Positions 1 to 8,814 of a stretch of DNA of 53,363 nt are shown piece after piece (positions within the stretch are counted from its first letter, which is position 1; the number at the start of each line of letters is the position of its first letter). This DNA comes from an uncultured Gammaproteobacteria bacterium (GTDB lineage: Bacteria > Pseudomonadota > Gammaproteobacteria > Poriferisulfidales > GCA-002705445): assembly GCA_913042035.1 (NCBI GenBank), contig CAJWIN010000002.1, positions 1 through 53,363 of the forward strand. The letters run 5' to 3'. The position numbers and the translations under genes are program-made. The notes beneath the pieces were generated by a model, which was not told the DNA's origin, searched no databases, and saw only the letters and a list, made by a program, of their open reading frames with translations.

Positions 1-1191
1 TGCGTGATCTATAGATTTGTAACTATAAACACAGAGAACTGGACCAAATATTTCTTTACAGCTAACTTCTGAGCTTTCTTTTGGATTTTTCAGAACTGTG
101 CACTCATAAGTAGTTTTACTTTTAGAAATACCGCCGCATACTAATTCAGCACCATCTTTAATAGCGTTCTTGATAATTTTGTCAATTCTTTTTACCTCTG
201 ATGGTCTTATCAAAGGTCCGACATCTGTATTTATACTGCTTGGGTTACCAACTTTTATTTTTGAAATTGATTTTTTTGCAAGACCTATAAATTCATCAAT
301 TAAATCTTCGTGAATAATTACTTTTTGTACTGACACGCAAACTTGGCCAGCATGATAAAAAGCACCACGTAATATGGATGGTAAAAATTTTTTTAGATTT
401 GTACCTTTATCTATTATTACGGATCCAATACCTCCATGCTCCATCGCACACTTTGCGCCTGGAGGCAGCATGGACTTTAATTTCCAACCAACATTTGAAC
501 TTCCAATAAAAGAAAAAAAAGAAATTCTTGGATCACCAACTATTTTTTGTGTAATTAAATGATTCTCAATATTAATCATTTGGCAAAATTCTTCTGGGAG
601 TCCAGATTCTAATAATAATTTTATAAATTCATAACAAGTTGCGGGTGTATCTAAAGATGGTTTTATAATAACAGGACATCCTGCTGCGACGGCTGGTCCT
701 ACTTGATGTACAATTAAATTTAGTGGGTGATTAAAAGCACTAATTGCAAACACCGGGCCAATTGGGAACTTTCTTGTAAACGCTATCTTTTTAACCGAAG
801 CATTATTAAGATTCATTGGAATTTCGGTTCCATGAGATTTTTTTAATGCTTCTGCGCATAATTCAAGACCATTTATTGCTCTTTCTACTTCTATTTTTGC
901 GTCCTTTAGAGGCTTTCCTCCTTCTAATGCAATAATATCTGAGAATTTTTTAGAATTTTGTGAAAGCTTTTTTCGACATTTTGCTAAAATTTTTAATCTT
1001 TGAATTTTGCTTAGGTATTTTTCACTGCTCAAAAAAGCATTTGATGAAATATTTAGAATATTATTAATTTCTTTTTTTCCAATACACTCTATCTTCCCTA
1101 TTTTCTTTAAATCCCACGGAGAGATCAAATCGACGTACTTTGGATTAGTTATTTTTACAGGCGAAATATTTTTAATTTCTTTAGATGTCAT
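1..1191 (-). CDS. Aldehyde dehydrogenase family protein, truncated at its 3' end by the window edge (first 397 codons present)
   Basis: Absent from the ORF track because it runs off the window. Hand translation of the minus strand from the ATG at 1191-1189 stays open to position 1: MTSKEIKNISPVK...FPIGPVFAISAFNHPLNLIVHQVGPAVAAGCPVIIKPS...CAMEHGGIG...HAGQVCVSVQKV...EIFGPVLCVYSY. It carries the ALDH catalytic Glu (EHGG) and Cys (GQVCVS) contexts. The start overlaps the stop of the upstream gene by 11 nt. Confidence 0.8.
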   Translation of the reverse strand, partial: MTSKEIKNISPVKITNPKYVDLISPWDLKKIGKIECIGKKEINNILNISSNAFLSSEKYLSKIQRLKILAKCRKKLSQNSKKFSDIIALEGGKPLKDAKIEVERAINGLELCAEALKKSHGTEIPMNLNNASVKKIAFTRKFPIGPVFAISAFNHPLNLIVHQVGPAVAAGCPVIIKPSLDTPATCYEFIKLLLESGLPEEFCQMINIENHLITQKIVGDPRISFFSFIGSSNVGWKLKSMLPPGAKCAMEHGGIGSVIIDKGTNLKKFLPSILRGAFYHAGQVCVSVQKVIIHEDLIDEFIGLAKKSISKIKVGNPSSINTDVGPLIRPSEVKRIDKIIKNAIKDGAELVCGGISKSKTTYECTVLKNPKESSEVSCKEIFGPVLCVYSYKSIDHA

Positions 1192-2845
1192 ATGTTTTCT
1201 CTAATGTATCCAGAAAATTTGTCAGTTTTCCATTTTCTGAATAATCTATTGGGATAACAAACAGTGTAGGACCTTCAAGATCATTAGTTTCATTTAATCT
1301 TTTTGTTATATTTATACTATCGTCTTCATATATATAATTCCAATCAAATGATTTAGCTAAGTTCTCCCAATCAGGATTATCGAAATCAAGTTCTGTAGAT
1401 TTTCCAAACTGTGCTTCTTGTTTCCATTTTATTAGTCCATACGATTTATCTTCCCATATTATTACTACAAAATTTGAATTCAATCGCTTTGCAGTTTCCA
1501 TTTCCTGAAGATTCATTAGAAATCCAGCATCACCGCAAATAGAAAATATTTTTTTCTTTTTATTTATTAGTGAAGCTGATATTAATGCTGGCAAGGCATA
1601 ACCCATGGAACAAAATCCATTCGGAATTATGCAAGTATTTGGTTCATAACATGGGTAATTTCTAGCTATCCACATTTTATGAGCACCTACATCAGATATC
1701 AAAATATCATCTTTGTCCAGAAAATTTCTCAAGTCATAAAGAAATTTTTGCGGTTTAATGAGGCCTTTTTGATTATCATCCCTAAATTTTTCATTATCTA
1801 TTTTTAGATTTTCTCTTAATTTCTTTACATATTTTAAGTCGTAAGCTTTTATTCCCTCCTTATCAATTATTTTATTTAATACTGATAAAGAATTTGCTAA
1901 ATCTCCAACTATTTCTACATTCGGTATATAATATTCATCTATTTCAGCTGCTTCGAAATCTATATGTATTAGCTTTGCCTTTGAATTTCTATTCCATAAC
2001 TTAGGGTGATACTCGACCATGTCATAGCCCAAAGTTATAACTAAATCAGAGTTTTTTATTGCGATATCTCCATAGTCAATCGCTCCTAATCCTACTGTTG
2101 ACAAACAATAGTCAGAATTGCAATCAACTGCTCCCTTCCCCATGAATGTGGTAACTACTGGTATATTTGTTCTTTCACAAAATTCTCTTAGCTGTCGAGA
2201 AGATCTCTTCCTTATGGCTCCATTGCCAGCGATAAGTATTGGGGATTTTGCTTCCGTCATAAGTTTAAATGCTTTGTATATAACATCATCTTCAGCGATA
2301 GATCTTCTATAAGGATAAGATTTCAGTGGTTTAACCTTAACATTTAACTTTGCTATATCTTCAGGTAATTCAATGTGAACTGCTCCTGGTTTTTCCAAAG
2401 TAGCAAGCCTTACAGCTTTCCTTACAATTTCAGGTATTGTGTTAGGATTTCTAACTGATGTAGTCCATTTCGTGACAGACTTAAACATATTACATACATC
2501 CATGATTTGGTGAGACTCTTTGTGAAGTCTGTCTGATGAACCCTGCCCAGTTATAACTAAAACTGGAGAATGATCCATATTCGCATCTGCTACTCCAGTT
2601 AGCAGATTTGTAGCACCAGGACCTAGGGTGCTGAGACAACATGACAACTTTCCTGTTAATTTACCATAAGATTCGGCCATAAAAGCCGCGCCCTGCTCAT
2701 GCCTTGTTAATATAAATTTAATTTTCTTTGATTCATGAAGAGACATTAGAAAATCTGCATTTTCCTCTCCGGGAACACCAAAAATATACTCAATACCTTC
2801 GTTTTCAAGACACTTTACAAATAAATCAGAAGTCTTCATATTCAT
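1181..2845 (-). CDS. Thiamine-diphosphate enzyme of the acetolactate synthase large-subunit family (ALS/AlsS-like)
   Basis: 554-aa ORF. N-terminus LFVKCLENEGIEYIFGVPGEEN is typical of the TPP enzyme N-domain. The C-terminal TPP-binding motif is GDAGFLMNLQEMETAKRLNSNFVVIIWED. Confidence 0.8.
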   Translation of the reverse strand: MNMKTSDLFVKCLENEGIEYIFGVPGEENADFLMSLHESKKIKFILTRHEQGAAFMAESYGKLTGKLSCCLSTLGPGATNLLTGVADANMDHSPVLVITGQGSSDRLHKESHQIMDVCNMFKSVTKWTTSVRNPNTIPEIVRKAVRLATLEKPGAVHIELPEDIAKLNVKVKPLKSYPYRRSIAEDDVIYKAFKLMTEAKSPILIAGNGAIRKRSSRQLREFCERTNIPVVTTFMGKGAVDCNSDYCLSTVGLGAIDYGDIAIKNSDLVITLGYDMVEYHPKLWNRNSKAKLIHIDFEAAEIDEYYIPNVEIVGDLANSLSVLNKIIDKEGIKAYDLKYVKKLRENLKIDNEKFRDDNQKGLIKPQKFLYDLRNFLDKDDILISDVGAHKMWIARNYPCYEPNTCIIPNGFCSMGYALPALISASLINKKKKIFSICGDAGFLMNLQEMETAKRLNSNFVVIIWEDKSYGLIKWKQEAQFGKSTELDFDNPDWENLAKSFDWNYIYEDDSINITKRLNETNDLEGPTLFVIPIDYSENGKLTNFLDTLEKTYDI

Positions 2846-2885
2846 CCATAATATATAAAAAGGTTACATATAGTATAATGAATTT

Positions 2886-3029
2886 ATGATTAATATGAAC
2901 AAAAAAATAAACAACTTACTGCTGATAATTATGTGTGCATGTTTCATAATATCTTGCGACCAAAATGTTGGCAAAAGGGACATAGAAAATAATAATATCT
3001 CCACAAAAATAAAAAATGATGAAAAATAA
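2886..3029 (+). CDS. Candidate small lipoprotein (47 aa), below the ORF-track threshold
   Basis: Hand translation: MINMNKKINNLLLIIMCACFIISCDQNVGKRDIENNNISTKIKNDEK. It has a basic n-region, a hydrophobic core and a lipobox-like I-I-S-C. It fills the otherwise empty 170-bp gap. There is no clear SD, and its 3' end overlaps the next gene by 14 nt. Confidence 0.3.
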   Translation: MINMNKKINNLLLIIMCACFIISCDQNVGKRDIENNNISTKIKNDEK

Positions 3030-4011
3030 TAATATTGAAAATTATATTAATAATAAATTTAATAAAAATGAAAATTTTAAAATAGAAGAAATTAAAGGAG
3101 ATGCTAGCAATAGAAAATACTATAGAGCAAAATCAGGAAAAAGAAAATTTATTTTGATGGATAGTAGCTTAGAAAAAAGAAATTTTAATAATTTTTTAAA
3201 ATTTTCAAGTATTTATTCCAAGAACAAGATACTAATTCCAAAAATTTTTAAAAAAGATTTGAATAAAAAAATTATTTTTTTAGAAGATTTAGGAGAAAAT
3301 TTAATATTTAATAAAATTAATACAAAAAGTTCTTTTAAAATATATGAAAAATCAATTCTTAATATATTAAATATTCAAAAAATACGAGAAAAGAATATAA
3401 AAAATTATCTACATAAGAAGTACCTTGATGAAAGTTATTTATTTATAGATTGGGTCCTTAAAGAATTTTTAAAAATGAATATTTCAAATGCTGATAATAA
3501 AAAACTAAAAAAATCTATAAAATTTATCATAGATAATATGAATCATAATACTAATGTCCTTGTGCATAGAGATTATCACTCAAAAAATATATTTTATAAG
3601 AATAAAAAGATTACCATTATTGATTATCAAGATAGTGTTTACGGCTCTCCATTATATGACCTTGTTTCTCTATTAAATGATTGTTATAAAGATATTGATG
3701 TTAAGAGTAAAAATAAATTAATTGAGATTTTCTTTAATAAATTCAATGAAAATAATTCTTTTACTTTCTCCATGGATGAATTCTTACATAACTTTTATTT
3801 ACTTACTGCTCAGAGACATTTAAAAGCATCAGGTATATTTTGTAGATTAAGTGTCAGAAACAAAAGACATAATTATTTGCAACATCTAGAGAGAACATTA
3901 AATTATATAGTTAATGCTTCATCCTATTATGGTAGTCTAGATATTATTAATACTTACGTTAAAGAGGTTTTAAATTTATTAGATGAAAGCAATTATTCTC
4001 GCCGCTGGTAA
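3016..4011 (+). CDS. amgK: Aminoglycoside-phosphotransferase-fold kinase, likely anomeric MurNAc/GlcNAc kinase AmgK
   Basis: 331 aa. Kinase catalytic-loop motif HRDYHSKNI followed by IIDYQDS. Overlaps a downstream nucleotidyltransferase, as in the Pseudomonas amgK-murU pair. Confidence 0.65.
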   Translation: MMKNNNIENYINNKFNKNENFKIEEIKGDASNRKYYRAKSGKRKFILMDSSLEKRNFNNFLKFSSIYSKNKILIPKIFKKDLNKKIIFLEDLGENLIFNKINTKSSFKIYEKSILNILNIQKIREKNIKNYLHKKYLDESYLFIDWVLKEFLKMNISNADNKKLKKSIKFIIDNMNHNTNVLVHRDYHSKNIFYKNKKITIIDYQDSVYGSPLYDLVSLLNDCYKDIDVKSKNKLIEIFFNKFNENNSFTFSMDEFLHNFYLLTAQRHLKASGIFCRLSVRNKRHNYLQHLERTLNYIVNASSYYGSLDIINTYVKEVLNLLDESNYSRRW

Positions 4012-4648
4012 AGGAAAACGTTTTGGAGAAATAACAAAAATTACCCCAAAGCCTTTGATAAAACTTGGAGATATTACTCTCATAGAACACAATATTTTAC
4101 TTTTAAAAAAAAATGGATTTAATGAGATAATTATTAATGTTTCGCACCTTTCAGATTTAATAATTGATTTTTTAGGTAATGGTTCAAAGTACGGAGTAAA
4201 TATTAGTTACTCCGTTGAGAAGCCAGAACCACTTGAAACAGGTGGTGGAATAATAAAAGCTTTGCAGTTTTTTGAAAATAAACCATTCCTTGTTATTAAT
4301 GCAGATATTTATACAGACTGCAAATTATCAAAAATTAAAATAAGTGATAGTGATTTTGCATCCTTAATCATGGTTACTAATCCACAACATAATATCAAAG
4401 GAGATTTTTCAATCCTAAAAAACAGAATAGTATTAAATAATAAAGATAATATGACATATTCTGGAATTGGTATTTTTAAACCAGAATTTTTTAAAGATTG
4501 CAGTGTTAAAAAGTGTAAATTAATAGATATATTAATTGGACATATAAAAAATGACAAAGTTTCGGGATATTTTCATAAAGGTATATGGCATGATGTTGGC
4601 GACGTTGAAAAATTAAAAGAAGTAAAAAATTTATTTTTTGATAATTAA
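3983..4648 (+). CDS. murU: Sugar-1-phosphate nucleotidyltransferase, likely MurNAc-alpha-1-P uridylyltransferase MurU
   Basis: 221 aa. N-terminal MKAIILAAGKGKRF (GxGxR nucleotidyltransferase signature). Overlaps the amgK-like gene. Confidence 0.7.
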   Translation: MKAIILAAGKGKRFGEITKITPKPLIKLGDITLIEHNILLLKKNGFNEIIINVSHLSDLIIDFLGNGSKYGVNISYSVEKPEPLETGGGIIKALQFFENKPFLVINADIYTDCKLSKIKISDSDFASLIMVTNPQHNIKGDFSILKNRIVLNNKDNMTYSGIGIFKPEFFKDCSVKKCKLIDILIGHIKNDKVSGYFHKGIWHDVGDVEKLKEVKNLFFDN

Positions 4649-5236
4649 TTTCCAGCTACTACTTTTTTTTATAATATTTAAGGCATCTTTCAATAATTTC
4701 TTTCCTGGTTCTTTTTTATACCATGTAGATAAACCAGAAGGATGAGGTAAGGCAACTATATCTGAATTCACACCATTTAATTGATACTTTATTTTTTTTC
4801 CCACAACATCATTTAATTTTGAAAATGTTATAAATTGGGAAATTGCTAGTTTGCCAACGGGTATAATTAACTTTGGCTTAAGAAAATTTAGCTCATAATC
4901 TAACCATTTAGAACATTTTTTTATTTCATAATCAGATGGAACTCTATCCCCAGCTCCTGACGGATTTTTCCCAGGATAGCATCTGCATACTGCGGCCATA
5001 TATACATTCTCTCTAAATTTTTCCTCGTCAACCCCGATTGAATAAAACCACTTAAACATATTTTTTCCTGCTGTCCATGCAAATGGTTTTTTTATCTCTC
5101 CTTCTTTAATTCCTGGCGCTTGTCCAATTAAAATTATTTTAGATTTTACAGGATTGCCAATGATAGGTTTCCCAACCATATCTTTACAGTTGCTGCATTT
5201 AATAAGATTTTGTTGGTGTTGAATTAGAACTTCCAC
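4631..5236 (-). CDS. Uracil-DNA glycosylase superfamily protein
   Basis: 201 aa. GQAPG motif (ILIGQAPGIKEG) and C-terminal HPSGLS motif, as in the UDG family 4/5-like fold. Confidence 0.7.
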   Translation of the reverse strand: MEVLIQHQQNLIKCSNCKDMVGKPIIGNPVKSKIILIGQAPGIKEGEIKKPFAWTAGKNMFKWFYSIGVDEEKFRENVYMAAVCRCYPGKNPSGAGDRVPSDYEIKKCSKWLDYELNFLKPKLIIPVGKLAISQFITFSKLNDVVGKKIKYQLNGVNSDIVALPHPSGLSTWYKKEPGKKLLKDALNIIKKSSSWKLIIKK

Positions 5237-6097
5237 TTAATTTATTTTTTCAGTGAAGATTTTATAGAGTTTACTTGTAATATAACCACATTCTGCATTG
5301 TTAATTTCTTTATTATTTATATGTGTGATAGGAAGTATGCCTTGAGTTGAGTTCGTAATAAATATTTCATCAGCATCTAACAATTCTTCTTCGCTAAAAT
5401 TTTCTTCTCTGACGTCATAATCACTGTCTTTAATGACACTATTTATTACAAAAGATCTTGTGACCCCTGGTAAAATAAGATTACTTTCTGGTGATGTTTT
5501 AATGGTGTTATTTTTTATTATAAAAACATTACTTGAACATCCCTCGGTGACAATACCATCCCTCAACAATATAGCTTCAAAGGCACCTTGCTTATGAGCT
5601 ATAGTCTTAGCATAAGAATTATACAGTAAGGATATTGATTTTATATCACAATTCATCCATCTTTTATCATCCATGATAATTGATTTTTTACCTATTATAT
5701 TATTATCCTTGAGATTTTTTATTTTTGAATAAAACATAGTTACACATGTTTTATAATTTTTTGTAGCAGCATGTTCTCGTAAAATATTATCATCAAAATT
5801 TTCGGGGATGCCTCTTGTTACCTGAATATATAAATAAAAATTTTCAAATATACAAGTTTTTACAAAGTTCTCAATATCATTAACCCATTTATCTTCGCTA
5901 TATGGATTATTAATTTCGACCATTCTTAGACTTTTCTGCAATCTAGAATAATGATCGTCAAATAAGAATGGTTTTTTATCAAAATAAGGTATTAATTCAT
6001 AAATTCCATCAGAGAAAAGGTACCCTCTGTCAAATATAGAAACTTTAGCATTTTCAGCGTCATAGATTTTTTCATTTATATAAACTTTATTTTTCAA
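5237..6097 (-). CDS. Class IV aminotransferase, D-amino-acid (D-alanine) transaminase-like
   Basis: 286 aa. The N-terminal VSIFDRGYLFSDGIYE signature is typical of fold-type IV PLP enzymes. Lies in a cell-wall gene cluster. Confidence 0.7.
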   Translation of the reverse strand: MKNKVYINEKIYDAENAKVSIFDRGYLFSDGIYELIPYFDKKPFLFDDHYSRLQKSLRMVEINNPYSEDKWVNDIENFVKTCIFENFYLYIQVTRGIPENFDDNILREHAATKNYKTCVTMFYSKIKNLKDNNIIGKKSIIMDDKRWMNCDIKSISLLYNSYAKTIAHKQGAFEAILLRDGIVTEGCSSNVFIIKNNTIKTSPESNLILPGVTRSFVINSVIKDSDYDVREENFSEEELLDADEIFITNSTQGILPITHINNKEINNAECGYITSKLYKIFTEKIN

Positions 6098-6098
6098 T

Positions 6099-7244
6099 TT
6101 ACTCTTCTATAAAAAAGTTTGCGATGAAATCATATGTTTTTCTATATAAATTTCCTTCTTCGATTCTCTTGAGAGCATATATCTTTTCTGTTGAAATGAC
6201 TTTGTCATTTTTAATAAAATCAATTGTGCCTAAAACTTGATTTAAACGAATTGGAGCTTCTATTTTAGCTAATAAGTTTAACTTTGGAGTGATTTTACTA
6301 TCGTCATGTTTTAGTGTAGTTATAAATATATCTTTATTAAAACCTATATCAATGTATTTTTCTTCTCCATTCCATATTCTTTCCTTAGCTATTATCTTAT
6401 TTTTCTTAAAATATACTTCTGTAATAAAATTTCTAAAACCGTATTTAAATAGTGTTTTCGTATATTTAAACCTTAATTTAGAACTGTTGGCACCAAAAAT
6501 TACGGAAACTAATCTTGTTCCATCTTTTTCTGCTGAAGCTGAAAGACAGTAACCTGCTGAACTTGTATGTCCAGTTTTTATTCCATCTGCATAATCATAA
6601 GTTTTTAATAGCCTATTTCTATTTGGCTGCCTGATATTGTTGTATGTAAAAGTATCTTGCGAGAATCTTTTATACTGCTGAGGAAAATCGTTAATTAAAT
6701 TCTGAGATAAAATTGCAAGGTCTCTTGCGGTTGTGTAATGATCCTTGTTAGGCATCCCTGTAACGTTTGTAAAATTTGTATTACTTAGTCCCATATCTTT
6801 AGCTAACTTATTTAACATTGTTACAAAAAACTCCTCACCACCTGCTATATGTTCTGCTAAAGCAACACTAGCATCATTTCCTGATTGAACAATTACCCCT
6901 TGAATTAGATCTTTTATTTGAACTTTTTTTCCAACTTCAATGAACATTCTAGATCCAATCATCTTCCATGCTTTTTTACTTACCGTGGTGTAGTCATCTT
7001 CACTAATATACTTAGATTTCAATGACTTAAAAACTAAATACAATGTTGCGATTTTGGTAAGGCTTGCTGGTTCAACTTTTTTATCAAGATTTTTCCCAGC
7101 TATAATTGAACCTGTTTTTACATCCATAAGTGCATAACTAGACACTTCCAAGCTTGGTACTGCAAAAGAGTATTGATTTTCAGCGTACGCAAATTTATTG
7201 AATAAGAATAATATAAAAATTAATAATATTATATTTTTTTTCAT
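6099..7244 (-). CDS. dacA: D-alanyl-D-alanine carboxypeptidase (PBP5/6 family)
   Basis: 381 aa. Signal peptide, then SxxK (ASLTK), SGN (QSGND) and KTG (IKTGHT) motifs. Confidence 0.85.
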   Translation of the reverse strand: MKKNIILLIFILFLFNKFAYAENQYSFAVPSLEVSSYALMDVKTGSIIAGKNLDKKVEPASLTKIATLYLVFKSLKSKYISEDDYTTVSKKAWKMIGSRMFIEVGKKVQIKDLIQGVIVQSGNDASVALAEHIAGGEEFFVTMLNKLAKDMGLSNTNFTNVTGMPNKDHYTTARDLAILSQNLINDFPQQYKRFSQDTFTYNNIRQPNRNRLLKTYDYADGIKTGHTSSAGYCLSASAEKDGTRLVSVIFGANSSKLRFKYTKTLFKYGFRNFITEVYFKKNKIIAKERIWNGEEKYIDIGFNKDIFITTLKHDDSKITPKLNLLAKIEAPIRLNQVLGTIDFIKNDKVISTEKIYALKRIEEGNLYRKTYDFIANFFIEE

Positions 7245-7325
7245 TGCTTTTCCTTGATGATTTTTTTATTCAAAATTATTGTATCATTTTGAATATCAAT
7301 TATAAATTAATATTCGATAGTAAAA

Positions 7326-7847
7326 TTATTTAACGTTAATAGATTCAACAAGTACAGTTGCAATTCCTTTATCTACGATATTAAGTTCTTTTGCTGCCGC
7401 ATATGATAAATCTATAATTCTACCTTTTTTAAATGGCCCCCTATCATTAACTCTAACTATTAAAGACTTATTATTACTTAAGTTTGTAACTCTTACATAA
7501 CATGGTATTGGCAAGCTTTTATGTGCTGCGGTAATGCCGTACATATCATAGACTTCTCTTGTTGAGGTTAACTTACCATGAAACTTTTTCCCATACCAAG
7601 ACGCTATTCCTTCCTCTGAATAACCTATATGGGTTTTTAATGTATAGTATTTTATACCAAAAACTTTATAAGATTTAGGATTCCCATATTTACTATATTT
7701 TTCTTTTTTTGGTATTACTTCTTGAACTTGATATTTTTTTTTATATTTATTTCTAACATCTTTTTTAATTACAGTGCAACTGGCTAATACTAGCGAAAAT
7801 ACTAGAATTATATTAAAAAATTTCATTTTCTTCAGCAATTCTTTCAC
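7326..7847 (-). CDS. rlpA: Septal ring lytic transglycosylase RlpA-family lipoprotein (DPBB domain only)
   Basis: Lipobox VLASC. IASWYGKKFHGKLTSTREVYDMYGITAAHKSLP matches the RlpA double-psi beta-barrel. The true start may be the internal Met at 7826 (MKFFNIIL...). Confidence 0.8.
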   Translation of the reverse strand: MKELLKKMKFFNIILVFSLVLASCTVIKKDVRNKYKKKYQVQEVIPKKEKYSKYGNPKSYKVFGIKYYTLKTHIGYSEEGIASWYGKKFHGKLTSTREVYDMYGITAAHKSLPIPCYVRVTNLSNNKSLIVRVNDRGPFKKGRIIDLSYAAAKELNIVDKGIATVLVESINVK

Positions 7848-8814
7848 TTAATTGAGAGACAACCATTGCGTAAAATGTACTAGGATTATATGACATAATT
7901 ACTTTAAAATTTTTATATCCTAATTTATATTTTTTATTTTTTTTACTAAGAAGAATTAAGTATTTTTTACCTGTTTCTAATTCTTTTTTAATAATAATTT
8001 TTTTTAATTTACTGTCAGTTATTGGGACTGTTTTAACATCCCCATTTTTAAAAATTTCATCCTCATACGAACCTTTTATTTTTATATTTGAATATATATT
8101 TCTACTCTTTTGCCAGCCTTTTCTAATTAGGTAATTTGCTATACTTGCGTATATATCATATTTATCATTCCATAAGTCTACTTTTCCATCTTCATTATAA
8201 TCAACACCAAGTTTTATATAGCTTTCAGGCATAAATTGCGGCGCACCCATAGCACCAGCATACGACCCATATAAATTTTGATAGTTGAGATTGTTATCAT
8301 ATGTTAGCAGTATGAAATAAATTAATTGTGCTTTGAAGAATTTAGATCTTCTTGGATGCTTTAATGCTAATGTACCTAGTGAATCTAAAACTTTAACTTT
8401 CCCGGTGCCTTTTCCATAATTTGTCTCAACGCCTAAAAATGCAACTATAACTTCTGAGGGTATGCCATATTTATTCTCTATTTCTTTTAATATTTTATGA
8501 TTTTTTTTATGATATTTTATACCTGCATTAACCCTACTTTTTGTAATAAAAATACTTCTATATCTTTCCCATGTAGCTTTCCTTTCAACCGCGTTGCTCA
8601 TTGAATCTAACGTTTTTTGTCTAAACTTAATTGAATTTAGGACCTCACTTGCATATTTATGGTCTACGTTATATTTATTTATTAAAATTGATTTAATCTC
8701 TTTAATTTCTTTGGAATATTTAGCTAAGACAGGATTATTATTGGATAAAACAGGTTCAGCTAATGAAAATATAAAAAAAAGTAAGATAAAATTCTTGAGC
8801 AAATTTTGAATCAT
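7813..8814 (-). CDS. mltB: Lytic murein transglycosylase B family
   Basis: 333 aa. Signal peptide. GVETNYG and GAMGAPQFMPESY motifs typical of MltB/Slt35. Confidence 0.8.
   Translation of the reverse strand: MIQNLLKNFILLFFIFSLAEPVLSNNNPVLAKYSKEIKEIKSILINKYNVDHKYASEVLNSIKFRQKTLDSMSNAVERKATWERYRSIFITKSRVNAGIKYHKKNHKILKEIENKYGIPSEVIVAFLGVETNYGKGTGKVKVLDSLGTLALKHPRRSKFFKAQLIYFILLTYDNNLNYQNLYGSYAGAMGAPQFMPESYIKLGVDYNEDGKVDLWNDKYDIYASIANYLIRKGWQKSRNIYSNIKIKGSYEDEIFKNGDVKTVPITDSKLKKIIIKKELETGKKYLILLSKKNKKYKLGYKNFKVIMSYNPSTFYAMVVSQLSERIAEENEIF

Noticed and set aside
4585-4600. Sigma54-like TGGCAT-N5-TGGC on the + strand
   Set aside because: It has a mismatch in the critical -12 GC context, lies inside the murU coding sequence near its end, and has no downstream + strand gene.
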